A DNA stretch of 64,000 nt from an uncultured Candidatus Saccharibacteria bacterium (GTDB lineage: Bacteria; Patescibacteriota; Minisyncoccia; Phycocordibacterales; UBA12088), in NCBI GenBank assembly GCA_964531785.1, contig CAZHFF010000002.1:93851-157850 (forward strand), given 5' to 3'. Of this stretch, positions 55,519 to 64,000 are shown piece after piece (positions within the stretch are counted from its first letter, which is position 1; every line of letters begins with the position of its first letter). Under the pieces are notes generated by a model, which did no database searches, was not told where the DNA came from, and saw only the letters and a list, made by a program, of their open reading frames with translations. The translations under genes and the position numbers were made by a program.

Positions 55519-55869
55519 ATGAAATCTTCAGCTATCAAAACCGCAAAGAGGGTACGCAGACACGGTAGGATCCGTGCGAAGGTCAAGGGTACCGCAGAAC
55601 GACCTCGACTCGCCGTGTTCCGCAGCAATCGTGCGCTCTATGTCCAATTGGTGGATGACGAGCGCGGGGCAACGCTCGCAGCATCCGATACTCGCAGTGT
55701 CGCAGGTGAAGGCATGAAAGCGCGGGCACGTGCAGTCGGGGCTGATATAGCGGAGAAGGGCAGAAAAGCCGGTATTTCCAAAGTGGTGTTCGATCGAGGT
55801 GGCTTCCTCTATGCAGGCTCCATTCGTGAGCTCGCAGAAGGAGCGCGAGCGGCCGGGCTAGCGTTTTAA
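55519..55869 (+). CDS. rplR: 50S ribosomal protein L18
   Basis: ...RPRLAVFRSNRALYVQLVDD...VFDRGGFLYAGSIRELAEGAR.AGL.F. Confidence 0.95.
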   Translation: MKSSAIKTAKRVRRHGRIRAKVKGTAERPRLAVFRSNRALYVQLVDDERGATLAASDTRSVAGEGMKARARAVGADIAEKGRKAGISKVVFDRGGFLYAGSIRELAEGARAAGLAF

Positions 55870-56501
55870 TGAAAGAGAGCGAAAACAACCGTATGACCGA
55901 AACCAAGGCAACAACTACAGCGAAGGGCACGAGCGGGCGGCGCGCCGATACGCAGGGCGCTCCGCGCACCGAGGGACGCGAGCGTCCCCAGCGCCGCGTG
56001 CGCCGTGATCGGCAGCCGCGTGCTCGGAGCGAGTTCGATAACAAGATCCTCGCGATACGCCGCGTAACGCGTGTGGTGGCCGGCGGACGCCGCTTCTCGT
56101 TCAGTGTGGCAATTGCGATCGGCAATGGGCGCGGACAGGTGGGTGTCGGTTTGGGAAAGGCTTCAGATACCGCCCTTGCGATCGAGAAAGCGACCCGGGA
56201 TGCCAAGAAGCATCTCGTGCGCGTGCCTATGACGGACGGTCACTCGATACCGCACGAGGTCGACTACAAGTACGCTGCGTCGCATGTCCTCCTGATACCG
56301 GCTCCGGGGAAGGGACTTAAGGCAGGAAGTGCGGTCCGTACGGTGCTGGAGCTCGCTGGCTTGCGCCACGTGTCCGGGAAGATCCTTTCACGAAGCAAGA
56401 ACCATCTCAACAATGCACGTGCGACGACCCATGCACTTGCTGCCCTCCGCGCAGGACGGAAGCGTAAGCCGAAAGCAGAAGCTGCTCCGGAAGCGGCATA
56501 G
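55869..56501 (+). CDS. rpsE: 30S ribosomal protein S5 (Arg-rich N-terminal extension)
   Basis: ...RRVTRVVAGGRRFSF...GNG.GQVG.G.GKA core. TAATG overlap with rplR. Confidence 0.95.
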   Translation: MKESENNRMTETKATTTAKGTSGRRADTQGAPRTEGRERPQRRVRRDRQPRARSEFDNKILAIRRVTRVVAGGRRFSFSVAIAIGNGRGQVGVGLGKASDTALAIEKATRDAKKHLVRVPMTDGHSIPHEVDYKYAASHVLLIPAPGKGLKAGSAVRTVLELAGLRHVSGKILSRSKNHLNNARATTHALAALRAGRKRKPKAEAAPEAA

Positions 56502-56512
56502 TATCCAAATGT

Positions 56513-56962
56513 ATGCAGCACAACGATCTCACAGCAACAAAAGGTAGGACCACAGCACGTCGCATCGGCCGTGGCGGTAAGCGTGGCAAGACGAGCGGTA
56601 AGGGGCACAAGGGCCAGAAGGCGCGCGCTGGGCGCAAGATACGTCCCGTGCTCCGCGATATAATCAAGAAGCTCCCGAAGCGTCGTGGTCACGGCAAGAA
56701 CCGTGCGCGTACGGTCAATAGCGGACGGGTGAAGCCCGCAGGTGTGAACCTGCGCGCTCTTGAGATCGCGTTCGAGAGCGGAGACCGGGTCACACCAGGT
56801 GAGCTCGTGGCACGCAAGCTGGTGCGCACGGTGAGCGGCCGCCCGCCGATCGTGAAGATCCTAGGCACCGGCCAGCTCACGAAGCGTCTTACGATCATCG
56901 GATGCACCGCTTCTGCCGCAGCACGCGCAGCGGTCGAAAAGGCAGGAGGCAAGGTGGCATAG
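56513..56962 (+). CDS. rplO: 50S ribosomal protein L15
   Basis: ...RRIGRGGKRGKTSGKGHKGQKAR...K.LG.G. Confidence 0.94.
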   Translation: MQHNDLTATKGRTTARRIGRGGKRGKTSGKGHKGQKARAGRKIRPVLRDIIKKLPKRRGHGKNRARTVNSGRVKPAGVNLRALEIAFESGDRVTPGELVARKLVRTVSGRPPIVKILGTGQLTKRLTIIGCTASAAARAAVEKAGGKVA

Positions 56963-57010
56963 CGGCCGCTGTCTTTCGCAAGGGTTCATCGGAGCCACGA
57001 CACATTCAGT

Positions 57011-58285
57011 ATGTTCGCAACGTTCACCCAGAAGCTCAAACTCATTTTTTCAGACAGCAACCTTCGTGGCCGTATACTGTTCGTGCTTGGTGCTCTGGTC
57101 GTGTTCCGTGCGCTTGCTGCGATACCTATACCGGGCGTTGACACGCTCCAGCTTGAAGCGTTCTTCGCTCAGAACCAGTTTCTGGGACTCCTCAACCTGT
57201 TCTCTGGTGGCGGTTTGGCGAACCTCTCGATCGTCATGCTCGGCGTAGGTCCGTACATCACCGCGTCGATCATCATGCAGCTCATGACCATCATGTCGCC
57301 AAAGCTCAAGGCCCTCAATACTGAAGAGGGCGAGGCAGGTCGGCAGAAGTTCACCCAGTACTCGCGCTACCTGACCATACCGCTCGCTTTCATCCAGGCG
57401 TTCGGTTTTCTCATGCTGCTTTCTCGCCAGGGTATCATCGGCGACCTGACGCTCTTTTCGTTCCTGGTGAACGTCACGGTCGTTGCTGCGGGCTCGATCC
57501 TGCTCATGTGGATCGGTGAGCTTATCAGCGAGTTCGGTATCGGCAACGGCGTTTCGCTCATCATTTTCGCCGGTATCGTTGCGACGCTTCCTACCACGTT
57601 CAGCCAACTCCTTTTCAACTACGATCCATCCAAGATCCCCCTCTACCTGGGCTTCCTGGTCGCGGCGATACTGGTGACGGCGCTTGTAGTTGTTATTGCG
57701 GAGGCAGAACGGCCGGTTCCGGTCACCTACGCAAAGCAAGTCCGTGGGGGACGCACGTACGGTGGTGTCCAGAGCTACCTGCCGCTCCGCGTGAACCAGG
57801 CGGGGGTCATCCCGATCATCTTCGCACTGTCGATCCTGCTCTTTCCACAGATGATACTCAATTTCTTGATCACGGTGGAGAACGCCCAGGTCGTGGCCAT
57901 TGCGCGTCAGGTCCTTGGTTACTTCGAGAACCAGTGGATCTATGGCGCTACGTACTTCGCGCTGGTCTTTCTCTTCACGTATTTCTATACTGCGGTCACG
58001 TTCGATCCGCAATCCATCGCCACGAATCTGCAAAAGTCTGGAGCGTTCATACCCGGTGTCCGCCCCGGGGCTGCGACCGCTGATTACCTCGGAAACATCC
58101 TGACGCGCATTACCCTAGTCGGGGCCGTGTTCCTCGGCGCGATCGCCGTACTGCCGATCGCCATGCAGGGACTGACCGGCGTCTCTGCGCTCGCCATAGG
58201 GGGTACCGCAGTACTCATTACCGTATCGGTCGTGCTTGACCTCGTGCGCAAGATCGATGCACAGATCTCTATTCGTGAATACTAA
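57011..58285 (+). CDS. secY: preprotein translocase subunit SecY
   Basis: ...GVGPYITASIIMQL...; 10-TM; 424 aa. Confidence 0.97.
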   Translation: MFATFTQKLKLIFSDSNLRGRILFVLGALVVFRALAAIPIPGVDTLQLEAFFAQNQFLGLLNLFSGGGLANLSIVMLGVGPYITASIIMQLMTIMSPKLKALNTEEGEAGRQKFTQYSRYLTIPLAFIQAFGFLMLLSRQGIIGDLTLFSFLVNVTVVAAGSILLMWIGELISEFGIGNGVSLIIFAGIVATLPTTFSQLLFNYDPSKIPLYLGFLVAAILVTALVVVIAEAERPVPVTYAKQVRGGRTYGGVQSYLPLRVNQAGVIPIIFALSILLFPQMILNFLITVENAQVVAIARQVLGYFENQWIYGATYFALVFLFTYFYTAVTFDPQSIATNLQKSGAFIPGVRPGAATADYLGNILTRITLVGAVFLGAIAVLPIAMQGLTGVSALAIGGTAVLITVSVVLDLVRKIDAQISIREY

Positions 58286-58313
58286 CACGCTGGCATGTGG
58301 CAAAACGCCAGCG

Positions 58314-58341
58314 TTGCATGCCCCGTCACGTGCGGTACAAT
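58314..58341 (+). promoter_or_regulatory. promoter-like element upstream of adk
   Basis: TTGCAT - 16 nt - TACAAT, 12 nt before the adk ATG. Preceded by an acgctggc/gccagcgt hairpin. Confidence 0.45.
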
Positions 58342-58353
58342 AGAGCTCACGTC

Positions 58354-58953
58354 ATGGCACAACCAGTACGCACGTATGTATTCATGGGCCGGCCTGGTTC
58401 TGGCAAGGGTACACAGGCCAAGCTCCTTGTGGAAAAGCTTGGGTGCAGGTACTTTTCGACCGGGGATGAGTTCCGTCGTATCGCGGCTGAAGATTCAACG
58501 CTCGGTCGCCGCACGGGTTCGACCCTCGCGCAGGGCCGCCTGATGCCGCATTGGTTCGCCACCTATGTCGTGAACAGGACGATCCTCGGTCTCGACGAAA
58601 CGGACATGATCATTTTCGACGGCACGAGCAGGACCCTCCCGGAGGCCAAGCATTTTTTCGAGGTCATGGAATGGCTGGAGCGACCGTACCAGGTGCTCTA
58701 CCTTGAGGTCGGCGAACAGACGATCACCGAACGTATCATGGGTCGCGCAAAGACGAGTGGTCGGTCAGATGATACGCCGGAGAGCATCGTGACGAGGATA
58801 CAGGAGTATGATCAGAACACGGAGCCATCACTTGCGTTCCTTGAAGAGAAGGGTATCGTGATACGGGTCGATGGCGAGCGAAGCATCGACGAGATACAAG
58901 AGGACCTCTTTCGTATCGTGTCCGAAACCCGAGGACCAGAGCGGACCGAATGA
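58354..58953 (+). CDS. adk: adenylate kinase
   Basis: FMGRPGSGKGTQAK P-loop. Start at the internal Met MAQPVRTY. Confidence 0.92.
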   Translation: MAQPVRTYVFMGRPGSGKGTQAKLLVEKLGCRYFSTGDEFRRIAAEDSTLGRRTGSTLAQGRLMPHWFATYVVNRTILGLDETDMIIFDGTSRTLPEAKHFFEVMEWLERPYQVLYLEVGEQTITERIMGRAKTSGRSDDTPESIVTRIQEYDQNTEPSLAFLEEKGIVIRVDGERSIDEIQEDLFRIVSETRGPERTE

Positions 58954-58987
58954 ATGGCCGGGTACGAGTTCTGAAGCCAACGACCGC

Positions 58988-59758
58988 ATGAGCCGCATCA
59001 AGACAGACGCAGAGATTCGAGCCCTGCGGGAGCTCGGTAAGGTCCATGCGGCCATCCTTGATGCGCTTACGGCAGCGGTTGTGCCCGGCGTTAATACGGC
59101 AGAGCTTGAATCGCTCGCGCTCGCAGAGATCGAGGCTGCCGGCGCGGTTCCGGCCTTCAAGAACTATCGACCGGAGGGTGCGCCACGACCATTCCCTTGC
59201 GCCCTCTGCGTCGCACCCAACGATGTCGTGGTACACGGTATCCCGACCGAGCTCGCCCTCGTCCTAGAGGAGGGGGCTATCGTTGGACTCGATATTGGCT
59301 TGAAACGTGACGGTGTCGTGACCGATGCGGGCAGGACGGTGGGTGTGGGCAGGATAGACGCACATGCGGTCGATCTCTTGCACACGTGCGAGGAGGCGCT
59401 CATGCTCGGTATTGCTGAAGCGCGTCCCGGCAAGACGATCGGCGATATCGGTAACGCGATCGAAACGTTCGTGCGTACGAAAGGGTACGGCTTGGTGCGT
59501 GATCTGTGCGGACACGGGGTTGGACATGCGGTACACGAAGATCCTCAAGTCCCGAACTACGGCGATCCAGGCCGCGGCATGCGACTCGTGCCCGGCATGG
59601 TGCTTGCGATCGAGCCCATGATCAACGAGGGGAAAGGCGCTGTGCTTTTTGAACGAGACGGCTACACCGTCCGTACCCGCGACGGATCACGGAGCGCGCA
59701 TTTCGAGCATGATATTGCCGTGACCGAGGACGTGCCGCTCGTCCTGACGGTACGATAA
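58988..59758 (+). CDS. map: methionine aminopeptidase type I
   Basis: ...VVHGIP..., DIG..., GHGVGHAVHE..., LAIEPM..., FEH metal-ligand pattern. Confidence 0.94.
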   Translation: MSRIKTDAEIRALRELGKVHAAILDALTAAVVPGVNTAELESLALAEIEAAGAVPAFKNYRPEGAPRPFPCALCVAPNDVVVHGIPTELALVLEEGAIVGLDIGLKRDGVVTDAGRTVGVGRIDAHAVDLLHTCEEALMLGIAEARPGKTIGDIGNAIETFVRTKGYGLVRDLCGHGVGHAVHEDPQVPNYGDPGRGMRLVPGMVLAIEPMINEGKGAVLFERDGYTVRTRDGSRSAHFEHDIAVTEDVPLVLTVR

Positions 59759-59786
59759 GGGCCCGCTTGGGGCCCGATGCTTTTTT
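59759..59786 (+). terminator. intrinsic terminator after map
   Basis: gggccc-gcttg-gggccc, then gatgc and tttttt. Confidence 0.65.
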
Positions 59787-59916
59787 AGAGTGCGAGATCT
59801 CGAATGATCTCGCGGCGTAGCCGTTCATACTCTTCCGTGGGTATGCGGGCGATCATCTTGCCGACCATGTTCCAGCGAGTCGTACTGTCGCGTTGGTCCT
59901 GTTCACGTTCGTTCAT
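59785..59916 (-). CDS. possible 43-aa ORF (below the track cutoff)
   Basis: My own translation: MNEREQDQRDSTTRWNMVGKMIARIPTEEYERLRREIIRDLAL. GAGGAA lies 3 nt upstream of the ATG. Confidence 0.25.
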   Translation of the reverse strand: MNEREQDQRDSTTRWNMVGKMIARIPTEEYERLRREIIRDLAL

Positions 59917-60066
59917 GGCTTCCTCGTTCGACCGTATCTTACTCTTGTAACCTGGGTCAAGGACACCAGGTTTCGCGTTTCAGCATGTGGTGTGTATACT
60001 ACAGCCACCAGGGGGATGTGGCCGTGAGACACGTCACCTACGGCACTACTTACTAACTTGTCTTTT

Positions 60067-60672
60067 ATGTCAGAACATCACAAAGAGCGGACACTCGTCA
60101 TCATCAAGCCCGATGGTGTCCAACGCTCGCTCATCGGAGAGATCATCGGTCGGTTCGAACGGGTCGGCCTCAAGCTCGTCGCGCTCAAGCTCCTTGTTCC
60201 TAAGGCCGCAATGGTCGAGGAGCACTACACGCTGGACCCGAACTGGAAACGTGTCGTGGGCGAGAAATCTATCGAGTCGTACCGGAAGAAGGGCGAAACA
60301 CCCCCTTCAGAGGACCCGATCGAGATAGGCAACGCGGTGGTCGAGCGCCTCAAGGGGTACTTGACCTCCGGACCCGCTGTCGTCATGGCCTGGCAGGGTG
60401 CGCATGCGGTCGAGCTTGTGCGAAAGCTGGTAGGTGGTACTGAGCCGCGGTCGAGCGATGTTGGTACCATACGCGGTGATTTCGTGCTGGATTCCTACTC
60501 TATGGCTGATTCGGACGAGCGCGCTATCCGCAACCTCATCCATGCTTCGGGTTCAGTGGCCGAGGCAAAGCAGGAACTCGCACATTGGTTTTCTGACGAT
60601 GAGCTGGTCGATTACCGTCTCGTTCAGGAGACGATCCTGTACGATGTGAACCTCGACGGGATTTTGGAATAG
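60067..60672 (+). CDS. ndk: nucleoside-diphosphate kinase (long form with insertion and C-terminal extension)
   Basis: ERTLVIIKPDGVQR, ...TSGP.VVMAW.G... and NLIHASGS (active-site His). Confidence 0.88.
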   Translation: MSEHHKERTLVIIKPDGVQRSLIGEIIGRFERVGLKLVALKLLVPKAAMVEEHYTLDPNWKRVVGEKSIESYRKKGETPPSEDPIEIGNAVVERLKGYLTSGPAVVMAWQGAHAVELVRKLVGGTEPRSSDVGTIRGDFVLDSYSMADSDERAIRNLIHASGSVAEAKQELAHWFSDDELVDYRLVQETILYDVNLDGILE

Positions 60673-60842
60673 GTATTTCTTCTGATATAGTGAATTTGGG
60701 AGCGGAACATATTGTCCTTACAAACCAACTGTCAGGGATCCGGAATACATGAGTTTTACCGTCGGTCTAACGACTTTCGAAAGAACTGATGAGACTAGGA
60801 ACCCACCTAGGTATCCTAGGGCAGTATTGTTTCGCGCCCACC

Positions 60843-60870
60843 ACAAAACCGCCTGAAAGGGCGGTTTTGT
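60843..60870. terminator. symmetric terminator hairpin
   Basis: acaaaaccgcc-tgaaag-ggcggttttgt. Confidence 0.6.
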
Positions 60871-60904
60871 GCATGATGCCGACTGAAAAAGGTATACTGG
60901 AGCG

Positions 60905-61321
60905 ATGCGTTTAACCCGCGTGTTCCTTGCGTCGGCGATCGTACTCTGGACGCTCGCGTCCGTTCACCTCACCGGTGTCTACCTGTCGTGGTACGAGCGG
61001 TTTGCGTGGTTCGATCTGCTTACCCATCTGCAGGGCGGTGTGTGGCTCGGCATGATCCTGCTCTACCTCGCGATCCGTTCGGGTGTTGTCGCTCCAGAGC
61101 GCGTCCGATCCTCGCACACACGTGGTCTTGTCTTGGCAGGCGCCCTTGTTGTTGGGCTGCTCTGGGAAGGGTATGAGGTGGTCGTTTGGCAGGTGACCAG
61201 GTTCGGTATACCGGCAGACTACCTCACGGACACATTCCTTGACCTGGGTATGGATATGTTAGGCGCTCTTGTCGGGTACCTGATCGCACGTACGATATGG
61301 GTTCGAGGCTCTAGCAAGTAA
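60905..61321 (+). CDS. membrane protein, distant paralog of the 3238 gene
   Basis: 4-TM protein with DLLTHLQGG, WEGYEVVVW and FLDLGMDMLGALVGY patterns. TATACT lies 6 nt upstream of the ATG. Confidence 0.55.
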   Translation: MRLTRVFLASAIVLWTLASVHLTGVYLSWYERFAWFDLLTHLQGGVWLGMILLYLAIRSGVVAPERVRSSHTRGLVLAGALVVGLLWEGYEVVVWQVTRFGIPADYLTDTFLDLGMDMLGALVGYLIARTIWVRGSSK

Positions 61322-61348
61322 CAAACCGGCCCAAAGAGGGCCGCTTTG

Positions 61349-61696
61349 TTACTTGGTGACTTCCTCTACAATACGCTTGAACGTTTCCGGCTGGTCCTTG
61401 GCGAGCTCTGCAAGCATTTTGCGGTTGATCTCGATGTGCTTGCTCTTCAATACGCTGATGAACTTACTATAGGAAAGGCCGAACGGTCGGACGCCTGCAT
61501 TGATACGTAGGGACCAGAGCGCACGGAAATCACCCTTCTTCTTTTTGCGGTGCTGGAATGCGTGGTTGCCCGCATGTGCGAGTACCTCGTTCGCCTGGCG
61601 TTCCTTCTTGCGGATATTACCCCGCATGCCCTTCGTCCGCTCCAGGACATTGTGGCGGTGTTTGAGCTTGGTTGTGCCTCGTTTAACGCGTGCCAT
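61349..61696 (-). CDS. rplT: 50S ribosomal protein L20
   Basis: MARVKRGTTKLKHRHNVLE... Confidence 0.96.
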   Translation of the reverse strand: MARVKRGTTKLKHRHNVLERTKGMRGNIRKKERQANEVLAHAGNHAFQHRKKKKGDFRALWSLRINAGVRPFGLSYSKFISVLKSKHIEINRKMLAELAKDQPETFKRIVEEVTK

Positions 61697-61724
61697 AGAA
61701 GTGTAGTGTTTAGTCTTGCAGTGT

Positions 61725-61907
61725 TCAACCCTTAAGGAAACGGCCGGTTGTCTTGGGGTTGAGCGTCAACGTCCTCCCGGTGCGCTTACGATCGAGCTGC
61801 TTCTGACGTCGTTCTTGCGCGTTGAAATGGTTACCTCCCGGTTTGCGGACCAATAGCTTGCCCTTAGGGCTCACCCGAACTCGTTTTGTGTATGATTTAT
61901 TTGCCAT
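61725..61907 (-). CDS. rpmI: 50S ribosomal protein L35
   Basis: ...KRVRVSPKGKLLVRKPGGNH...; 60 aa. Confidence 0.9.
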   Translation of the reverse strand: MANKSYTKRVRVSPKGKLLVRKPGGNHFNAQERRQKQLDRKRTGRTLTLNPKTTGRFLKG

Positions 61908-61909
61908 GA

Positions 61910-62488
61910 TTATTCGTCGTCTGTGGTTTCCGCTTCCACGTGCTGCTTTCTGTCAGTTACGGAAGGCCGTAGAAGTACGTCAGGAATGGGCTTGGTCCGG
62001 TCTCGCTCGATGGTGCAACTGAGCCCTTTCGGACTTCGGCGCATCTCCTCGGCGATCTTATGGGGTACTGCTATGAGGTCGAGGAACCGCTGGAGTCGTT
62101 CTTTCAGGAAGACCTCTTCCATGAACTTGTACCTTCCCCAGAGGAACAGGTCTATCTTGACCCGGTGCCCCTCACAGAGCCATTCTGCGGTACGTTCTGC
62201 CTTGATCTCCTTGTCCCGCTCGCCCGTTCCGATCTTTACCTGGACCGATTTCGTCTCGGTCACATGCGCTTTTGCCTTTATCTCACGCTGCTTTTTCTTC
62301 TGTTCATACGTATATTTACCATAATCTGTGATTTTTGCAACGGGGGGCCTGGCCATGGCCGATATCTCGATGAGATCCAGCCCGAGCTCCTCAGCTTTGC
62401 TCAGGGCATCGCGTAGCGGTAGGACACCGAAGTTCTCGCCCGAAGGTCCGACCACCCGGACCTCCGGGGCTCGGATCTCATGGTTCAT
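61910..62488 (-). CDS. infC: translation initiation factor IF-3 (start uncertain; may use an upstream non-AUG codon)
   Basis: NHEIRAPEVRVVGPSGENFGVLPLRDAL...VAKITDYGKY. The frame is open upstream, with GTG at 62512 and an ATA codon nearby. Confidence 0.9.
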   Translation of the reverse strand: MNHEIRAPEVRVVGPSGENFGVLPLRDALSKAEELGLDLIEISAMARPPVAKITDYGKYTYEQKKKQREIKAKAHVTETKSVQVKIGTGERDKEIKAERTAEWLCEGHRVKIDLFLWGRYKFMEEVFLKERLQRFLDLIAVPHKIAEEMRRSPKGLSCTIERDRTKPIPDVLLRPSVTDRKQHVEAETTDDE

Positions 62489-62626
62489 GCGTACTTTTAC
62501 GGGTTCTGGCACGGGTGGTATGGGATTAAGTCGATGCAGTATACCACACCTTACGTCGCCACGCCATGTGTTACCCGCACCTGACGCGGTGACGAATCGA
62601 CCGGAGTGCGGTATACTGGGCTCCGT

Positions 62627-64000
62627 ATGGATCGCGACAAAGACCCAGGTACGCACGAAACCGGACCCAGCTCGAAAGGGTCGGGCAAGTTCACGCCGAG
62701 CCGGCAGTTCTGGATGAACCTGCTCATCATCTTCACGGTCCTCTTCGCACTCACGAGCGTCTTCTCATACTTTTCAGAGCGTGACAAAGGCCCTGAGGAG
62801 ATCCCCTTGTCACAGCTCGCCACCGCCATCCTCGAGTGGCGCGTTGCTGCGATCGAAGTAGAGGGCGACACCCTGACCATACGGTATCGGGCGCAAGAAG
62901 GGCAGGAGGAGTTGGTGAAGATCGCCAAGAAAGAGGCAGGCACCGCACTCTCGGAATCGCTCTCGAACTACGGCGTGACGGGTGAAGCGCTGCGCGCCGT
63001 GAACATCGAAGTGGTCAATGAGAGCGGATTTCGGTTCTGGTTCATCACGCTCGCCCCGTTTCTCTTTCCGCTCATCTTCATACTGATACTGCTCTGGTTC
63101 CTCATGCGACAGGTCAAAGGGGCGGGTATGCAGGCGTTCACGTTCGGTCAGAGCAAGGCCCGCATGATCGATCCCGGAGATAAGAGCCAGCGGATCACCT
63201 TCAAAGACGTGGCAGGTGCCAAGGAGGCAAAGGAAGAGTTGACGGAGATCGTTGATTTCCTCAAGAACCCAAAGAAGTTCCTGGAGATCGGTGCGCGCAT
63301 TCCCAAAGGCGTGCTCCTCATGGGTGCGCCCGGTACGGGCAAAACGCTCCTCGCGCGAGCGGTTTCGGGCGAGGCTAACGTGCCGTTCTTCACGATATCC
63401 GGCTCAGAGTTCGTTGAGCTCTTCGTGGGCGTAGGTGCGAGCCGCGTACGCGACCTGTTCAAGATGGCCAAGAAGGCGGCGCCCGCGATCATATTCATCG
63501 ATGAGATCGATGCGGTGGGCAGGGTGCGCGGCACCGGGGTCGGGGGTGGTAATGACGAACGTGAGCAGACGCTCAACCAGATACTGGTCGAGATGGACGG
63601 CTTCGAGCCGAACGAGAAGATCATCATCATGGCGGCGACCAACCGCCCAGATGTCCTCGACCCGGCACTCCTTCGACCTGGTCGGTTCGATCGCCGCGTG
63701 ACCATCGACCTGCCGGACCGGAACGACCGGGAAGCGATCCTGAAGGTGCATTCTCGCACAAAACCGCTCGGCGAAGACCATGATCTGCGGGTCATCGCGG
63801 AACGGACCGTCGGCTTCTCTGGTGCTGATCTGCAGAACTTGATGAACGAAGCTGCGATCCTAGCGGCTCGTGAAAATCGCAAGAAGATCACCCAGTACGA
63901 TCTGATACGGTCGATCGAGAAGGTCATGCTCGGCCCGGAACGCAAGAGCCACGTTCTGTCGAAGCGCGAGCGGGAGATCACTGCCTACCATGAAGCGGGG
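62627..64000 (+). CDS. ftsH: ATP-dependent zinc metalloprotease FtsH (3' end off-window)
   Basis: My own translation from ATG 62627. Two TM helices, [13 protein letters not shown] Walker [10 protein letters not shown] Walker B and the [23 protein letters not shown]. Open to base 64000. Confidence 0.95.
   Translation, partial: MDRDKDPGTHETGPSSKGSGKFTPSRQFWMNLLIIFTVLFALTSVFSYFSERDKGPEEIPLSQLATAILEWRVAAIEVEGDTLTIRYRAQEGQEELVKIAKKEAGTALSESLSNYGVTGEALRAVNIEVVNESGFRFWFITLAPFLFPLIFILILLWFLMRQVKGAGMQAFTFGQSKARMIDPGDKSQRITFKDVAGAKEAKEELTEIVDFLKNPKKFLEIGARIPKGVLLMGAPGTGKTLLARAVSGEANVPFFTISGSEFVELFVGVGASRVRDLFKMAKKAAPAIIFIDEIDAVGRVRGTGVGGGNDEREQTLNQILVEMDGFEPNEKIIIMAATNRPDVLDPALLRPGRFDRRVTIDLPDRNDREAILKVHSRTKPLGEDHDLRVIAERTVGFSGADLQNLMNEAAILAARENRKKITQYDLIRSIEKVMLGPERKSHVLSKREREITAYHEAG

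Noticed and set aside
60673-60842. 35-codon ORF or ncRNA in the ndk 3' region
   Set aside because: The ORF (ATG at about 60749) has no SD and ends inside the terminator stem. I saw no convincing structure or repeat. Left unannotated.

Overview
High-GC, gene-dense bacterial window with about 75 protein genes. I found no rRNA, tRNA, cas, transposase or integrase gene. The backbone is the translation core. rpsL-rpsG and fusA lie at 16.4-20.1 kb. About 25 kb later come tuf-rpsJ and the S10/spc/secY-adk-map cluster (rplC to rplO, with no rpmD/L30). infC-rpmI-rplT and a 3'-truncated ftsH sit at the right edge. The missing L30, Lys/Ala/Arg-rich r-protein tails, a split ComEC, a pilus-like protein and sparse metabolism suggest a Patescibacteria/CPR-like small genome. 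That placement is inference only. The left 16 kb carries tpiA-pgk, HIT, a PBP5-type carboxypeptidase, recJ, rnhA, comEC, an SOD-like gene, malic enzyme, yhhQ, SPFH, rpmB and an S2P protease. Between fusA and tuf sits an accessory/metabolic block: two AT-richer paralogous anchored proteins, Nfu, ferredoxin, a 6-TM MFS half, an FAD oxidoreductase, ilvBN, ADP-forming acetyl-CoA synthetase, a two-subunit 2-oxoacid:ferredoxin oxidoreductase, a stripped-down two-subunit [NiFe] hydrogenase with its endopeptidase, dispersed SUF genes and purF. The best candidate for something undescribed is a four-gene set (35163-37705, minus strand) co-oriented with the hydrogenase endopeptidase. Three of these genes are paralogs that end in a HypC-like domain with an internal Cys. 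No canonical hyp gene is visible in the window. Other points worth a second look: an exact 81-nt periodic repeat derived from the rpsG 3' end; a structured noncoding stretch of about 380 nt after fusA; a 163-nt shared 5' module on two divergent genes; insertions that break the str, S10 and spc operons and bring their own promoters and terminators; an in-frame hairpin insertion in sufS; and many -10 boxes placed 6-7 nt before ATG, which implies leaderless mRNAs. All calls come from reading the sequence and ORF track by eye. No database search was run.
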